From Candidatus Tectimicrobiota bacterium (lineage in GTDB: Bacteria; JACPUC01), in the NCBI GenBank assembly GCA_016192455.1, contig JACPUC010000028.1, positions 1-64,000 on the forward strand: a stretch of 64,000 nt of DNA, in the 5' to 3' direction. The notes beneath the pieces are model-generated. The model ran no database searches and was not told the origin of the DNA. It saw nothing but the letters and a program-made list of their open reading frames with translations. Of this stretch, positions 36,911 through 47,516 are shown piece by piece (within the stretch, counting starts at the first letter, position 1; each line of letters starts with the position of its first letter). The translations under genes and the position numbers were made by a program.

Positions 36911-37895
36911 GAACATCAACGACCTGAGCGGCAAGACCTTAACCATCGAGCAGATTCTCGACGAGGAGTCGGCCGCCCTGTGCCTGGAGGTCTTAGCCGG
37001 CCAGGCGGGCCTGCAGCGTCACCTGAGTGAGTCGCGCATCCAGAAATACAGCCTAGCCTTCACCGGCTACTTTGCCTACCTGCAGCCGACCCGCCTGCAG
37101 ATCCTGGGGGAAACCGAGATTTCCTACCTGCAGACCCTGGAGCTGGAACGCCAGGAGCACGTGAGCCGCGAGCTGTTCGCCCACCGCATCCCCTGCGCCA
37201 TCGTCACCAAAGGGCTGGCGGTGCCCGACTGCATCCTGCGGCAGGCGGAACGCCAGGGTGTGCCCCTGCTGCGCTCCTCCCTGGCGACCGGCGAGCTGAT
37301 CCTCAGGCTGACCGCCTACCTGGAGAGGCGCCTGGCTCCGGAGACCACGGTGCATGGCGTGCTCATCGACGTCTACGGCATCGGCGTGCTGATCATCGGC
37401 AAGAGTGGTATCGGCAAGAGCGAATGTGCCCTGCACCTGGTGGTGCGCGGGCACCGGCTGGTCGCCGACGACGTCATCACCGTGCGGCGCCTTGGCAGCA
37501 TTCTCTTGGGATCGAGCAACGCCGTCCTGCACCATAACATGGAGATCAGAGGCCTCGGCATCATCAACGTCAGGGACCTCTTCGGCATTGCCGCCATCCG
37601 CTACCGCAAGAAGATCGAACTGGTGGTGCTTCTGGAGATGTGGGAGACTGGCACGGAGTACGAGCGGCTGGGGCTCGAGGAGAGCTACCACACCATGCTG
37701 GGCGTCAACGTGCCGTTGCTGCGCACCCCGGTGTTGCCAGGCCGGAATATCCCCACGATCATCGAGGTCGCCGCGCGCAACCAGATTTTGAAGATCATGG
37801 GGAGTCACTCAGCGCGCGTCTTCGAAGCGCAGCTCGCCCAGCAGCTCGCGCGGCCAAGCCTGCAGCCCATGTACCTCGAGGACGAGGCGGAGTAA
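36897..37895 (+). CDS. hprK: HPr(Ser) kinase/phosphorylase
   Basis: HGVLIDVYG, GKSGIGKSE, LVADD, EIRGLGII. Confidence 0.96.
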   Translation: MESSENINDLSGKTLTIEQILDEESAALCLEVLAGQAGLQRHLSESRIQKYSLAFTGYFAYLQPTRLQILGETEISYLQTLELERQEHVSRELFAHRIPCAIVTKGLAVPDCILRQAERQGVPLLRSSLATGELILRLTAYLERRLAPETTVHGVLIDVYGIGVLIIGKSGIGKSECALHLVVRGHRLVADDVITVRRLGSILLGSSNAVLHHNMEIRGLGIINVRDLFGIAAIRYRKKIELVVLLEMWETGTEYERLGLEESYHTMLGVNVPLLRTPVLPGRNIPTIIEVAARNQILKIMGSHSARVFEAQLAQQLARPSLQPMYLEDEAE

Positions 37896-37986
37896 CGCCG
37901 TCATCCTCGCCGCTGGCGGGACGGCCGGCAGCGCGAGCCGTTCGGGCCGGGCAGGTCCGGCTCCCAGAAAGGGAGGCACACCGCGC

Positions 37987-38412
37987 ATGGTACCCGTGCT
38001 CATTGTCGCCCATGAGAATCTTGCCGAGGCCTTTTTGCAAACCTGCCGCGCCATCCTCCAGGATACGGCGTCAATCAGTTGCATCTCGGTGCATGCCAAC
38101 GACGATGTCGATGAGGCGCGCAAGACGATCCGGCACAAGATCCATCAGCTTGACAAAGGCCGCGGCGTCCTCATCCTCACAGATCTGTTCGGGGGAACGC
38201 CTTCCAACCTCAGCCTCTCATTCCTGGACGAACTGAACGTCGAGGTGGTGACAGGTCTCAACCTGCCCATGCTCATCAAGCTGCCGTTCCTCGATGAGAA
38301 CGCGGACCTGCGGAGCATCGCCACCACGATCATGGAGTACGGGCGCCGCAACATCAACGTCGCCAGCCAGGTGCTGGCCGGCGGCTCGGGCGGCAGCCCG
38401 AAGCAGAAGTGA
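37987..38412 (+). CDS. PTS EIIA component, mannose/fructose family
   Basis: IVAHE, LTDLFGGTPSN, GLNLPML. Confidence 0.9.
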   Translation: MVPVLIVAHENLAEAFLQTCRAILQDTASISCISVHANDDVDEARKTIRHKIHQLDKGRGVLILTDLFGGTPSNLSLSFLDELNVEVVTGLNLPMLIKLPFLDENADLRSIATTIMEYGRRNINVASQVLAGGSGGSPKQK

Positions 38413-38680
38413 AACATCCGGGGAGGATGCACGCACCCTGCCACCGTGGCAGCTCTCGATGTTCCCCGGCTACTGAGCTGGTGCGATGGTGGAAACAAGC
38501 TGGACCCACTCGTCAAGCGTAGGCGGCGGGCCGCCCATGGCAGGCCTCTCAAGTCTCAGCAAGGGAAGACTCAGGTCATCCCCACGCCGTCGGCCGCATG
38601 GCGCTGCCAGCGAGGGGAGCGAAGGGCGAGCGAGCGCGCCGAACGAGGCGGCTCCTTGGCGGCGGAAGGTGACCGTTGCG

Positions 38681-38947
38681 ATGCCGAGTATCATGGTGAC
38701 GATTCAGAATAAGCTCGGCCTGCATGCTCGGGCCGCCGCCCAGTTTGTCAAACTCACGAACCGCTACAAAGCAGAGGTGGTCGTCGCCAAGCAAGGGCGG
38801 CAGGTGAACGGCAAGAGCATCATGGGCGTGATGATGCTGGCCGCCAGCAAGGGGAGCCAGCTCATGATTTCCGCCGACGGCCCCGATGCCGATGAGATAC
38901 TCGCCAGGCTGAGTGATCTCATCCAGAACAAGTTTGGAGAAGAGTAG
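38681..38947 (+). CDS. ptsH: Phosphocarrier protein HPr
   Basis: NKLGLHARAA (His15), GKSIMG (Ser46). Confidence 0.95.
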   Translation: MPSIMVTIQNKLGLHARAAAQFVKLTNRYKAEVVVAKQGRQVNGKSIMGVMMLAASKGSQLMISADGPDADEILARLSDLIQNKFGEE

Positions 38948-38949
38948 GC

Positions 38950-40722
38950 GTGAACGAACGAGCAGCGGAGCGCGTTGCGGACACGGTGAAGGTGGTCGGG
39001 CTCGGAGTCTCCCCCGGCATTGCCCAGGGGCCGGCCTACCTGCTCGACCGCAGCCAGCCGAAGATCCACAAGTACAGCCTGCAGAGCCACAACGTCGATG
39101 CCGAGGTGGAGCGTTTCGAGCGCGCCATCGAGGAATCGCGCCTGCAACTCCAGGATATCCGCGAGCGGCTGGCGCGCGACTTCGGCACCGAGCACCTCTA
39201 CATCATCGACTCGCATATCCTGCTCTTGCAAGACGAGCTTCTCATCACCAACACCATCGCCACCATCCGCCAGATGGAGATCAACGCCGAATGGGCCTTG
39301 AAGCGCTCCATCGAGCACTTCCAGACGATCTTCTCAAGCTTTGATGACGACTACCTGCGGGCCCGCCGCGCCGACCTCCAGTACCTCGGCAATCGCGTCC
39401 TGCGCAACCTTATGGGTCAGGGGATCGAGCGCATGGCGGCCGACGGTGAGCCGGTGGTCATCATTGCTCACGATCTCTCCCCTGATGACACCATCCAGCT
39501 CACGCGCGAGCGGGTCCTCGGCTTCGCCACCGAGGTCGGCGGCCACACCTCCCACACCGCCATCATGGCGCGCTCGCTCGAGATTCCGGCGGTGGTCGGC
39601 GTGCATGACCTGTTGCGAACCGTTCACACGGGCGATTTCTTGATCATCGACGGCCAGGACGGCACGCTCCTCGTCAACCCCACCGCCGAGCAGCAGGCGG
39701 AGTATCAAGCGAAGCGCCAGCAGTACCTCCTGCACGAGGAGGAGCTCCTGACCCTCACCGAGCTGCCCAGCGTCACCCTCGATGGGCACCGCCTGCGCCT
39801 CGACGGCAACATCGAGACCCCCGAGGAGATTGCCTCGCTGCGGGTGCACGGCGCCGAAGGGATCGGCCTCTACCGCACCGAGTACCTGTGCATGAACCGC
39901 AATGGTTTTCCCAGCGAAGAGGAGCAGTACCTCGTCTATCAGGAGGTGGCGCGGCGCATCGCCCCGAATAAGGTGGTCTTCCGGACGTTCGATCTGGGGG
40001 GTGACAAGTTCCTCTCTCTCCCTCCGGAGCACCCCGCCATCCGCGGCAGCATGGGGCTGCGAGCCATTCGGCTCTGCCTGCGCAACCAGGCCATGTTCAA
40101 GAGCCAGTTACGCGCCGTGTTGCGCGCCAGCAGCAAAGAGAATGTGCGCCTCCTCTACCCCCTTATCACCTCCGTCGATGAGGTCCTCGCCAGCCAGGCG
40201 CTCCTCGAGGAGGCGCGCGCAGAGCTGCGCCAAGAGGGACAAAGCTTCGACGAGCACCTGGAGGTGGGGTTGATGATTGAAACCCCCGCCGCCGCCGGCA
40301 TCGCCGATCTGCTGGCCAAAGAGGTTGACTTCTTCAGCATCGGCACCAACGACCTCATCCAGTACGCCATGGCCATCGACCGCACCAACGACGAGGTGGC
40401 CGGGTACTACGACCCCCTCCACCCCTATGTCCTGCGCTGCATCCAGGACGTGGTGCGGAAAGCGCAGGAGGGCGGCATCTGGGTTGGCGTCTGCGGCGAG
40501 ATGGCTGCTGATGCGGAGAGCATCCCGCTGCTGATCGGCATGGGCGTGCATGAGCTGAGCGTCAACCCGGTGGCGATCCCCCACGTGAAACAGATCATCC
40601 GCGCCCTCTCCAGGAAGCACTGCGAGGAGTTAACGCAGCAGGCCCTGAGCCTTGGCAGCGCCACGGCCGTGCGTCACCTTGTAAAGGAGACGCTGGCGTC
40701 GCTCTTTGATTGCGGCGAATGA
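38950..40722 (+). CDS. ptsI: PEP-protein phosphotransferase (PTS enzyme I)
   Basis: TSHTAIMAR, GIGLYRTE, SIGTNDLIQY, VCGEMA. Confidence 0.96.
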   Translation: MNERAAERVADTVKVVGLGVSPGIAQGPAYLLDRSQPKIHKYSLQSHNVDAEVERFERAIEESRLQLQDIRERLARDFGTEHLYIIDSHILLLQDELLITNTIATIRQMEINAEWALKRSIEHFQTIFSSFDDDYLRARRADLQYLGNRVLRNLMGQGIERMAADGEPVVIIAHDLSPDDTIQLTRERVLGFATEVGGHTSHTAIMARSLEIPAVVGVHDLLRTVHTGDFLIIDGQDGTLLVNPTAEQQAEYQAKRQQYLLHEEELLTLTELPSVTLDGHRLRLDGNIETPEEIASLRVHGAEGIGLYRTEYLCMNRNGFPSEEEQYLVYQEVARRIAPNKVVFRTFDLGGDKFLSLPPEHPAIRGSMGLRAIRLCLRNQAMFKSQLRAVLRASSKENVRLLYPLITSVDEVLASQALLEEARAELRQEGQSFDEHLEVGLMIETPAAAGIADLLAKEVDFFSIGTNDLIQYAMAIDRTNDEVAGYYDPLHPYVLRCIQDVVRKAQEGGIWVGVCGEMAADAESIPLLIGMGVHELSVNPVAIPHVKQIIRALSRKHCEELTQQALSLGSATAVRHLVKETLASLFDCGE

Positions 40723-40771
40723 AACGCGCTTGTCCCCAGTGTGCTGTTTCACAAATTCTATCGCCAGAATT

Positions 40772-40879
40772 TGCGAGGGAGCCTCGCCCCCTCGCGCACC
40801 CCGACTACGCGAGCTGCTGCGCAGCTCGCGGGGATTGGGGGTCTGGGGAAGCAAAGGTCTTGCGCAAAAGCTCCCCCAC
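40772..40879. repeat. Composite repeat element, second copy with a different central hairpin
   Basis: Flanks match those of 14416-14514; centre CGCGAGCTGC-TGC-GCAGCTCGCG. Confidence 0.75.
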
Positions 40880-41118
40880 CACATGGCCCGCAGAAGGCGT
40901 CCGATTAAGGATGGAATTTGTGTGACGCAACACTAGGCGCTGCCCGTCGCCGACCTCGGTTGCATCTCCCCTCAGCCCCGCCGCGTGCCGGCACCACGGC
41001 GTCGCACGACGCCCCCTGACAGAGGCCGGGAAGCGCCGCAATGCTCGTCTCCTTCAGCAGGCTCGAGGTTCGTGGACGTGCCGTAAAGGCGCGTCTCATG
41101 ACGCAGGTGGTAAAGACA

Positions 41119-41147
41119 TTGACAAGTTGAGAGCGTCTTACTATGGT
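41119..41147 (+). promoter_or_regulatory. Putative sigma70 promoter of metK-ahcY
   Basis: TTGACA-17 nt-TATGGT. Confidence 0.65.
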
Positions 41148-41254
41148 AGATTGCTTGCGCGCGGCGCGGCAAGGGGGGCAGGCAGCGTGGCTGACCCAAG
41201 TGCGGCGCGTGCCGGTGGTGGCGGCTGAAATGGTGGTTGAAAGCGGAGAACTCC

Positions 41255-42424
41255 ATGTCAAGAAGTTACTTGTTTACCTCTGAATCAGTTTCCGAAGGTC
41301 ATCCCGACAAAGTTGCCGATCAAATCTCCGACGGGGTGCTCGACGCCATCATCGCCAAGGACCCGGTCGCGCGCGTCGCCTGTGAGACGCTCATCACCAC
41401 GGGCATGGTGCTTGTCGCCGGTGAGATCACCACCACCGCCACCATTGACGTGCAGAAGGTCGTCCGCAACACCGTGCGTGAGATCGGCTATACCGATCCC
41501 GCCTATGGTTTCGATTGCAACTCGTGCGCCGTGCTGGTGGCCCTGGACGAGCAGTCGCCGGACATTTCCATGGGAGTGACCGAAGGCGTTGGCCTGCACA
41601 AGGAGGCAGGCGCCGGCGATCAGGGCCTCATGTTCGGCTACGCCACGAATGAAACGCCGGAGTTGATGCCCCTGCCGATCATGGTCGCCCACCGTCTCGT
41701 GAAGAAGCTCTCCGAGCTGCGCAAGAACGGCACCCTCGAGTACCTCCGCCCGGATGCCAAGTCGCAGGTGACCATCGAGTACCGCGACAGCGTGCCGGTG
41801 AAGCTGCACACCATCGTCCTCTCCGCCCAGCACGCCCCCGAGGTGACCCTCGACGTCATCCGCGAAGACCTGCGCAACATGGTCATCATGCCCACGGTGC
41901 CGAAGCAGCTCCTCGATACCGACAACTATAAGCTCTACGTCAACCCCACGGGACGCTTCGTGAATGGCGGCCCCCAGGCCGACTGCGGTCTCACTGGACG
42001 CAAGATCATCGTGGACACCTACGGTGGCTACGGCCGGCACGGCGGCGGCGCCTTCTCCGGAAAAGACCCCACCAAAGTCGATCGCTCCGCCTCCTACATG
42101 GCGCGCTACGTGGCGAAGAACATCGTCGCCGCCGGCCTGGCCGATCGCTGCGAAGTGCAGATCGCCTATGCGATCGGCCTGGCGGAGCCGGTCTCCCTCT
42201 ACGTCGACACCTTCGGCACCGGCAAGGTTGACCACGAACTCATCGAGCGGCTTGTCCGGCAGATCTTCCCGTTGAAGCCAGCCGAGATCATTCAAACCCT
42301 CAATCTGCGCCGCGCCATTTTCCGCAAGACCGCCGCCTATGGGCACTTCGGGCGCGAGGAGCCGGAGTTCACCTGGGAGCGTACGGATCGGGCCGAGGAG
42401 CTGCGGCGGGCGGCGGGATTGTAA
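41255..42424 (+). CDS. metK: S-adenosylmethionine synthetase
   Basis: [28 protein letters not shown]. Confidence 0.98.
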   Translation: MSRSYLFTSESVSEGHPDKVADQISDGVLDAIIAKDPVARVACETLITTGMVLVAGEITTTATIDVQKVVRNTVREIGYTDPAYGFDCNSCAVLVALDEQSPDISMGVTEGVGLHKEAGAGDQGLMFGYATNETPELMPLPIMVAHRLVKKLSELRKNGTLEYLRPDAKSQVTIEYRDSVPVKLHTIVLSAQHAPEVTLDVIREDLRNMVIMPTVPKQLLDTDNYKLYVNPTGRFVNGGPQADCGLTGRKIIVDTYGGYGRHGGGAFSGKDPTKVDRSASYMARYVAKNIVAAGLADRCEVQIAYAIGLAEPVSLYVDTFGTGKVDHELIERLVRQIFPLKPAEIIQTLNLRRAIFRKTAAYGHFGREEPEFTWERTDRAEELRRAAGL

Positions 42425-42508
42425 CCTCAGGCACGACCCCGCGCGGGCGCCCCTTTTCCAGGCGCCAGGGCGGCGCGGCGCATCATCACGGCTGCCACCA
42501 CTCCGTGA

Positions 42509-43813
<1,305 letters not shown>

Positions 43814-43866
43814 CGGCCCACTCCGCGCCTCAGGCGGACCTGGGGGCAAACCTGGGCGAGAGAAGT

Positions 43867-45612
43867 GTGAGTGTGAGAAGAGTCGCGCTGCCGAACCGAG
43901 GCTGCTTCGCCTGCCTGGCGTTGCTCACCCTGCTGCTGAGCTTGGCGGCATACCGCGCCACCGCCCAGTCGGGCCGATCCCTCTACGAGCAAGCCCGGGC
44001 GGCGTACTTCGAGACCGCCCGGGACGCCGCCCTGCGGAGCCAGCGCCAGAGTTGGGAACGCGTCCTCGACGCCTACCGTGAGGTGCTGCGTCAAGAGCCA
44101 CGACACGCCGATGCGCCCGCGGCCCTCTACATGCTGGGCAAGCTGCACTCCCGCCTCTACGATGACTTTCGCTCCACCCACGACCTCGATCTGGCGCTGC
44201 AAGCCTTCCAGCATCTGTCGCAGGAGTATCCGCAAAGCCGCCTGGCCGATGACGCCCTCTACCGCGCCGGGGTGATCTACCTGAAGGAGAAGCGCACCCC
44301 CAGCCTGGCCCTCGCCGCGCTCAATCGCCTCATAGAGCAGTACCCGCAGGGGGACATGCGTGCCGAGGCGCGCGCCCTGCGCGAGACGATCTTGCAGGAC
44401 CACGGCCAGCCCAACCCTGCCAGCAGCAGCACCGCGGCCCTCCCCTTCATCAGCCGCATCACGCAGTGGTCCAACCCGCGCGACACCCGCGTCGTCATCC
44501 ACGCCGACCGCGAGCTCAAGTTCGCCAGCCAGCAGCTCTCCAATCCCGACCGGCTGGTCTTCGACCTCAGTCCAGCGTACCTGGCGCCGGAGCTGCACGA
44601 GCGCTCCATCAGCATCGATAACGGCGTCCTGGAGCGGGTACGGAGTGCGCAGCATGACAAGGAGATCGTGCGGGTCGTCCTCGACCTGAAGAACATTGAC
44701 ACCTATCAGGTATTCTCCCTTCACGACCCCTACCGCGTGGTGATCGACGTGCAGGCGCAATCACCACCTGCCGAGGCCCCGGCTCCGCCGCCGCGGCCAA
44801 CCCCGCCGCCGATCGCCGGGAAACGCCCCCCGAGCGACCAGAGGGTGGACACGCGGGCTTTGAAGATCATCATCGATCCCGGCCACGGCGGCAAGGACAG
44901 CGGGGCAATCAGCCAGCGGGGATTCGCCGAGAAAACCGTCACCCTCGACATCGCCAAGCGGCTGGGGTGGCTCCTCCAACAGCAACGAGAGACAGGCTTC
45001 CAGCCCGTCCTGACGCGCAGCCGGGATGTCTTCGTCCCCCTTGAAGAGCGCACCGCGCTGGCCAATGCGGAGAACGGCAACCTCTTCATTTCCATCCACG
45101 CGAACGCGGCGGAGAACAGCTCGCTGCGCGGCATCGAGACCTACTTCCTGAACCGGGCCTCAAGCGAGCGCGAGCGCCGGGTGGCCGCCCGCGAGAACAA
45201 CACCTCGCTGCAGCGCTTGAGCGATCTCGAGTTCATCCTCAATGATCTGCTGCTCAACTCCAAGCTGCGCGGCTCGAGCCTGCTGGCCAAGATGGTGCAG
45301 GACTCGCTGATCGGGCGCCTGCAGGACCGCTACCAGGAGGTGCGCGACCTGGGCGTGAAGCGCGCCCCTTTCTACGTCCTTTTGGGCGCCCGCATGCCGA
45401 GCATCCTCGTCGAGGCGGCGTTCCTGACGAACCCCGTCGAGGAGCAGCGCCTGCGGTCGCGCGCCTACCGGCAGATCATTGCGGACGCCATCGGCAAGGC
45501 TGTCACGGTCTATGCCCACCGCCTGAAAGCGGGCCAACCCACCGATACTCCCCGGAGGCAGCATCGCACCCTGGATGAGTTCCTCGCTGATCTCGACCGC
45601 CATGAGAACTAG
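43867..45612 (+). CDS. N-acetylmuramoyl-L-alanine amidase (TPR + AMIN + Amidase_3)
   Basis: TPR-like YPQSRLADDAL, NPDRLVFD, IDPGHGGKD, ISIHAN, ILVE; start placed just after ahcY. Confidence 0.9.
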   Translation: MSVRRVALPNRGCFACLALLTLLLSLAAYRATAQSGRSLYEQARAAYFETARDAALRSQRQSWERVLDAYREVLRQEPRHADAPAALYMLGKLHSRLYDDFRSTHDLDLALQAFQHLSQEYPQSRLADDALYRAGVIYLKEKRTPSLALAALNRLIEQYPQGDMRAEARALRETILQDHGQPNPASSSTAALPFISRITQWSNPRDTRVVIHADRELKFASQQLSNPDRLVFDLSPAYLAPELHERSISIDNGVLERVRSAQHDKEIVRVVLDLKNIDTYQVFSLHDPYRVVIDVQAQSPPAEAPAPPPRPTPPPIAGKRPPSDQRVDTRALKIIIDPGHGGKDSGAISQRGFAEKTVTLDIAKRLGWLLQQQRETGFQPVLTRSRDVFVPLEERTALANAENGNLFISIHANAAENSSLRGIETYFLNRASSERERRVAARENNTSLQRLSDLEFILNDLLLNSKLRGSSLLAKMVQDSLIGRLQDRYQEVRDLGVKRAPFYVLLGARMPSILVEAAFLTNPVEEQRLRSRAYRQIIADAIGKAVTVYAHRLKAGQPTDTPRRQHRTLDEFLADLDRHEN

Positions 45613-45805
45613 ATGACGGTCCGCCACGGCGCCTCTCTCCCGTGCCATGGCGCGAAGCGCTTCACCACGCTGCGCGACGCGCCGCGGGGGCGCCGCTTGC
45701 GAGGACGCCCCAGGGGACGCATCCCTTGCGCTGGGAGCCATGAGGCGTCCCTCCGTTCTCTGCCATGCGGCGGGCCCGCGGCGCATCCCAGGGTGGATCA
45801 CACTG

Positions 45806-47230
45806 ATGACCCCTCCCCCCACCGAGCAACCCGCTCAGGACGCGGCGCCGCAGCCGACCCCGCCGGCGCCGAGCGCGCGCGCCAGGCGCGCCCGTCCGCG
45901 GGCGCTCCCCGTCGTCGCCATCATCGGCCGGCCGAACGTCGGCAAGTCCACCCTATTTAACCGCATCATCCAGCGCCGGCAAGCCATCGTCGAGCCCACC
46001 CCAGGTGTGACGCGCGACCGTAACTACGCCATTGCGGAGTGGCACGGCAGGCAGTTTCAGCTCGTCGATACCGGCGGCTTCGAGCCCACCGCCACCGAAA
46101 CGCTCCTGGCGCAGGTGCGGGAGCAGGCGCGCCTGGCAATCGACGAGGCGGACCTCCTCCTTTTCCTCGGCGATGCCAGGAGCGGCCTTACCCCGATGGA
46201 CGAAGAGATCATCGCGGAGCTGCGGCGGAGCGACAAGCCGCTCCTCGCCGCGATCAATAAGGTCGAGGGTCCGAGCCAGGAGACCGCCGCGGCGGAGTTC
46301 TACCGCCTGGGGCTGAGCCCGATGCTGCCGGTGTCGGCGGAGCACGGTCGCGGCGTGGGCGATCTGCTCGATGCCGTCCTGGCGTTACTGCCGCGGGCGC
46401 CGACCCAGGAAGTCGTCGAACCTGAGGTCCGGCATCGCATCTGCGTCCTGGGGCGGCCCAACGTCGGCAAGTCCTCGCTCATCAACTACCTGCTGCGGCA
46501 GCCGCGCCACCTCGTCGATCACCGTCCCGGCACGACGCATGACGCCATCGACACCATCATTCGCTACCACGGCTTGGAGTACCTCTTCATCGACACCGCG
46601 GGGATACGCCGCAAAGGGCGCGTCAGTCAGGCGGTGGAGAAGTTCAGCGTGGTAATGGCCTTGAAGAGCCTGCGCCGGGCGGATATCGCCCTCCTCATGA
46701 TCGACGCGGTGGAAGGGGTGACGGACCAGGACGCCACCATCGCCGGCTACGTCCACGAGGCCGGCAAGGCGTGTATCGTCCTGGTAAACAAGTGGGACTC
46801 CATTGAACGAGATACCCATACCTTCCGCGGCTACGTCGACACCGTTCGAGAGCACCTGAAGTTTTTCCCTGACGCGCCGGTGCTGACGATCTCCGCCAAA
46901 ACGGGGCAGCGCGTCATGAAGATCTTCGCCGCGATCGAGCGCGTCGGGGCCGCCCATGAGAAGCTGGTGCCGACCCCGGTGTTGAACGATGTGCTGCACG
47001 CCGCCTTGCAACGCCACCCCCTTCCCGTTCCGCGTGGTCAACCGGTGCGCTTCTACTACGCCACCCAGTGTGATGTCCGCCCTCCTACCTTCATCCTTTT
47101 TGTGAACAACCCGAAAGGGGTGCATTTCTCTTCGACGCGCTACGTCGTCAACCAGATCCGCGAAGCCTTCGGGTTTGTCGGCACCCCCCTGCGCGTCATC
47201 TGGCGTCGCAGCCGTTCTGCAAAGAGGTGA
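45806..47230 (+). CDS. der: Ribosome biogenesis GTPase Der (EngA)
   Basis: Two GRPNVGKS motifs, GVTRDR, DTGG, DTAG, KH-like C-terminus. Confidence 0.96.
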   Translation: MTPPPTEQPAQDAAPQPTPPAPSARARRARPRALPVVAIIGRPNVGKSTLFNRIIQRRQAIVEPTPGVTRDRNYAIAEWHGRQFQLVDTGGFEPTATETLLAQVREQARLAIDEADLLLFLGDARSGLTPMDEEIIAELRRSDKPLLAAINKVEGPSQETAAAEFYRLGLSPMLPVSAEHGRGVGDLLDAVLALLPRAPTQEVVEPEVRHRICVLGRPNVGKSSLINYLLRQPRHLVDHRPGTTHDAIDTIIRYHGLEYLFIDTAGIRRKGRVSQAVEKFSVVMALKSLRRADIALLMIDAVEGVTDQDATIAGYVHEAGKACIVLVNKWDSIERDTHTFRGYVDTVREHLKFFPDAPVLTISAKTGQRVMKIFAAIERVGAAHEKLVPTPVLNDVLHAALQRHPLPVPRGQPVRFYYATQCDVRPPTFILFVNNPKGVHFSSTRYVVNQIREAFGFVGTPLRVIWRRSRSAKR

Positions 47231-47254
47231 TGAAAGTTCTCTTTTTTTAAGTGC

Positions 47255-47283
47255 TTGACATATTTTTCTTCAAGTGTTACTGA
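47255..47283 (+). promoter_or_regulatory. Putative sigma70 promoter upstream of fusA2
   Basis: TTGACA-17 nt-TACTGA in an AT-rich patch. Confidence 0.5.
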
Positions 47284-47288
47284 TAGGC

Positions 47289-47503
47289 TCTGCGTCTACT
47301 TCGATCAACTGCCAAGCATCGAGCGCCGCCGGGACCCGCAGAGATCCTTACCCTCTCCCTTGCCCGCGTGGCTGGGATGATGTGTTGGGGAGGACTTGCA
47401 GGTTTTCCGCCACGGTTTCCTCGTTGCCAGGGGCGCGGGGTAGAGAGGCAGGTTCGCCGAGTCAGAATAACGGCACGAGGTCCAGTTGCTGGGTCGACGC
47501 AGA
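47289..47503 (+). ncRNA. Candidate rod-shaped structured RNA (6S-like shape, or fusA2 leader)
   Basis: Nested complementary arms TCTGCGTC/GACGCAGA, CAACTG/CAGTTG, CCTCTC/GAGAGG, CCCGCG/CGCGGG, TGGC/GCCA; begins just after the promoter. Confidence 0.35.
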
Positions 47504-47516
47504 AAGGTGACGCTGT

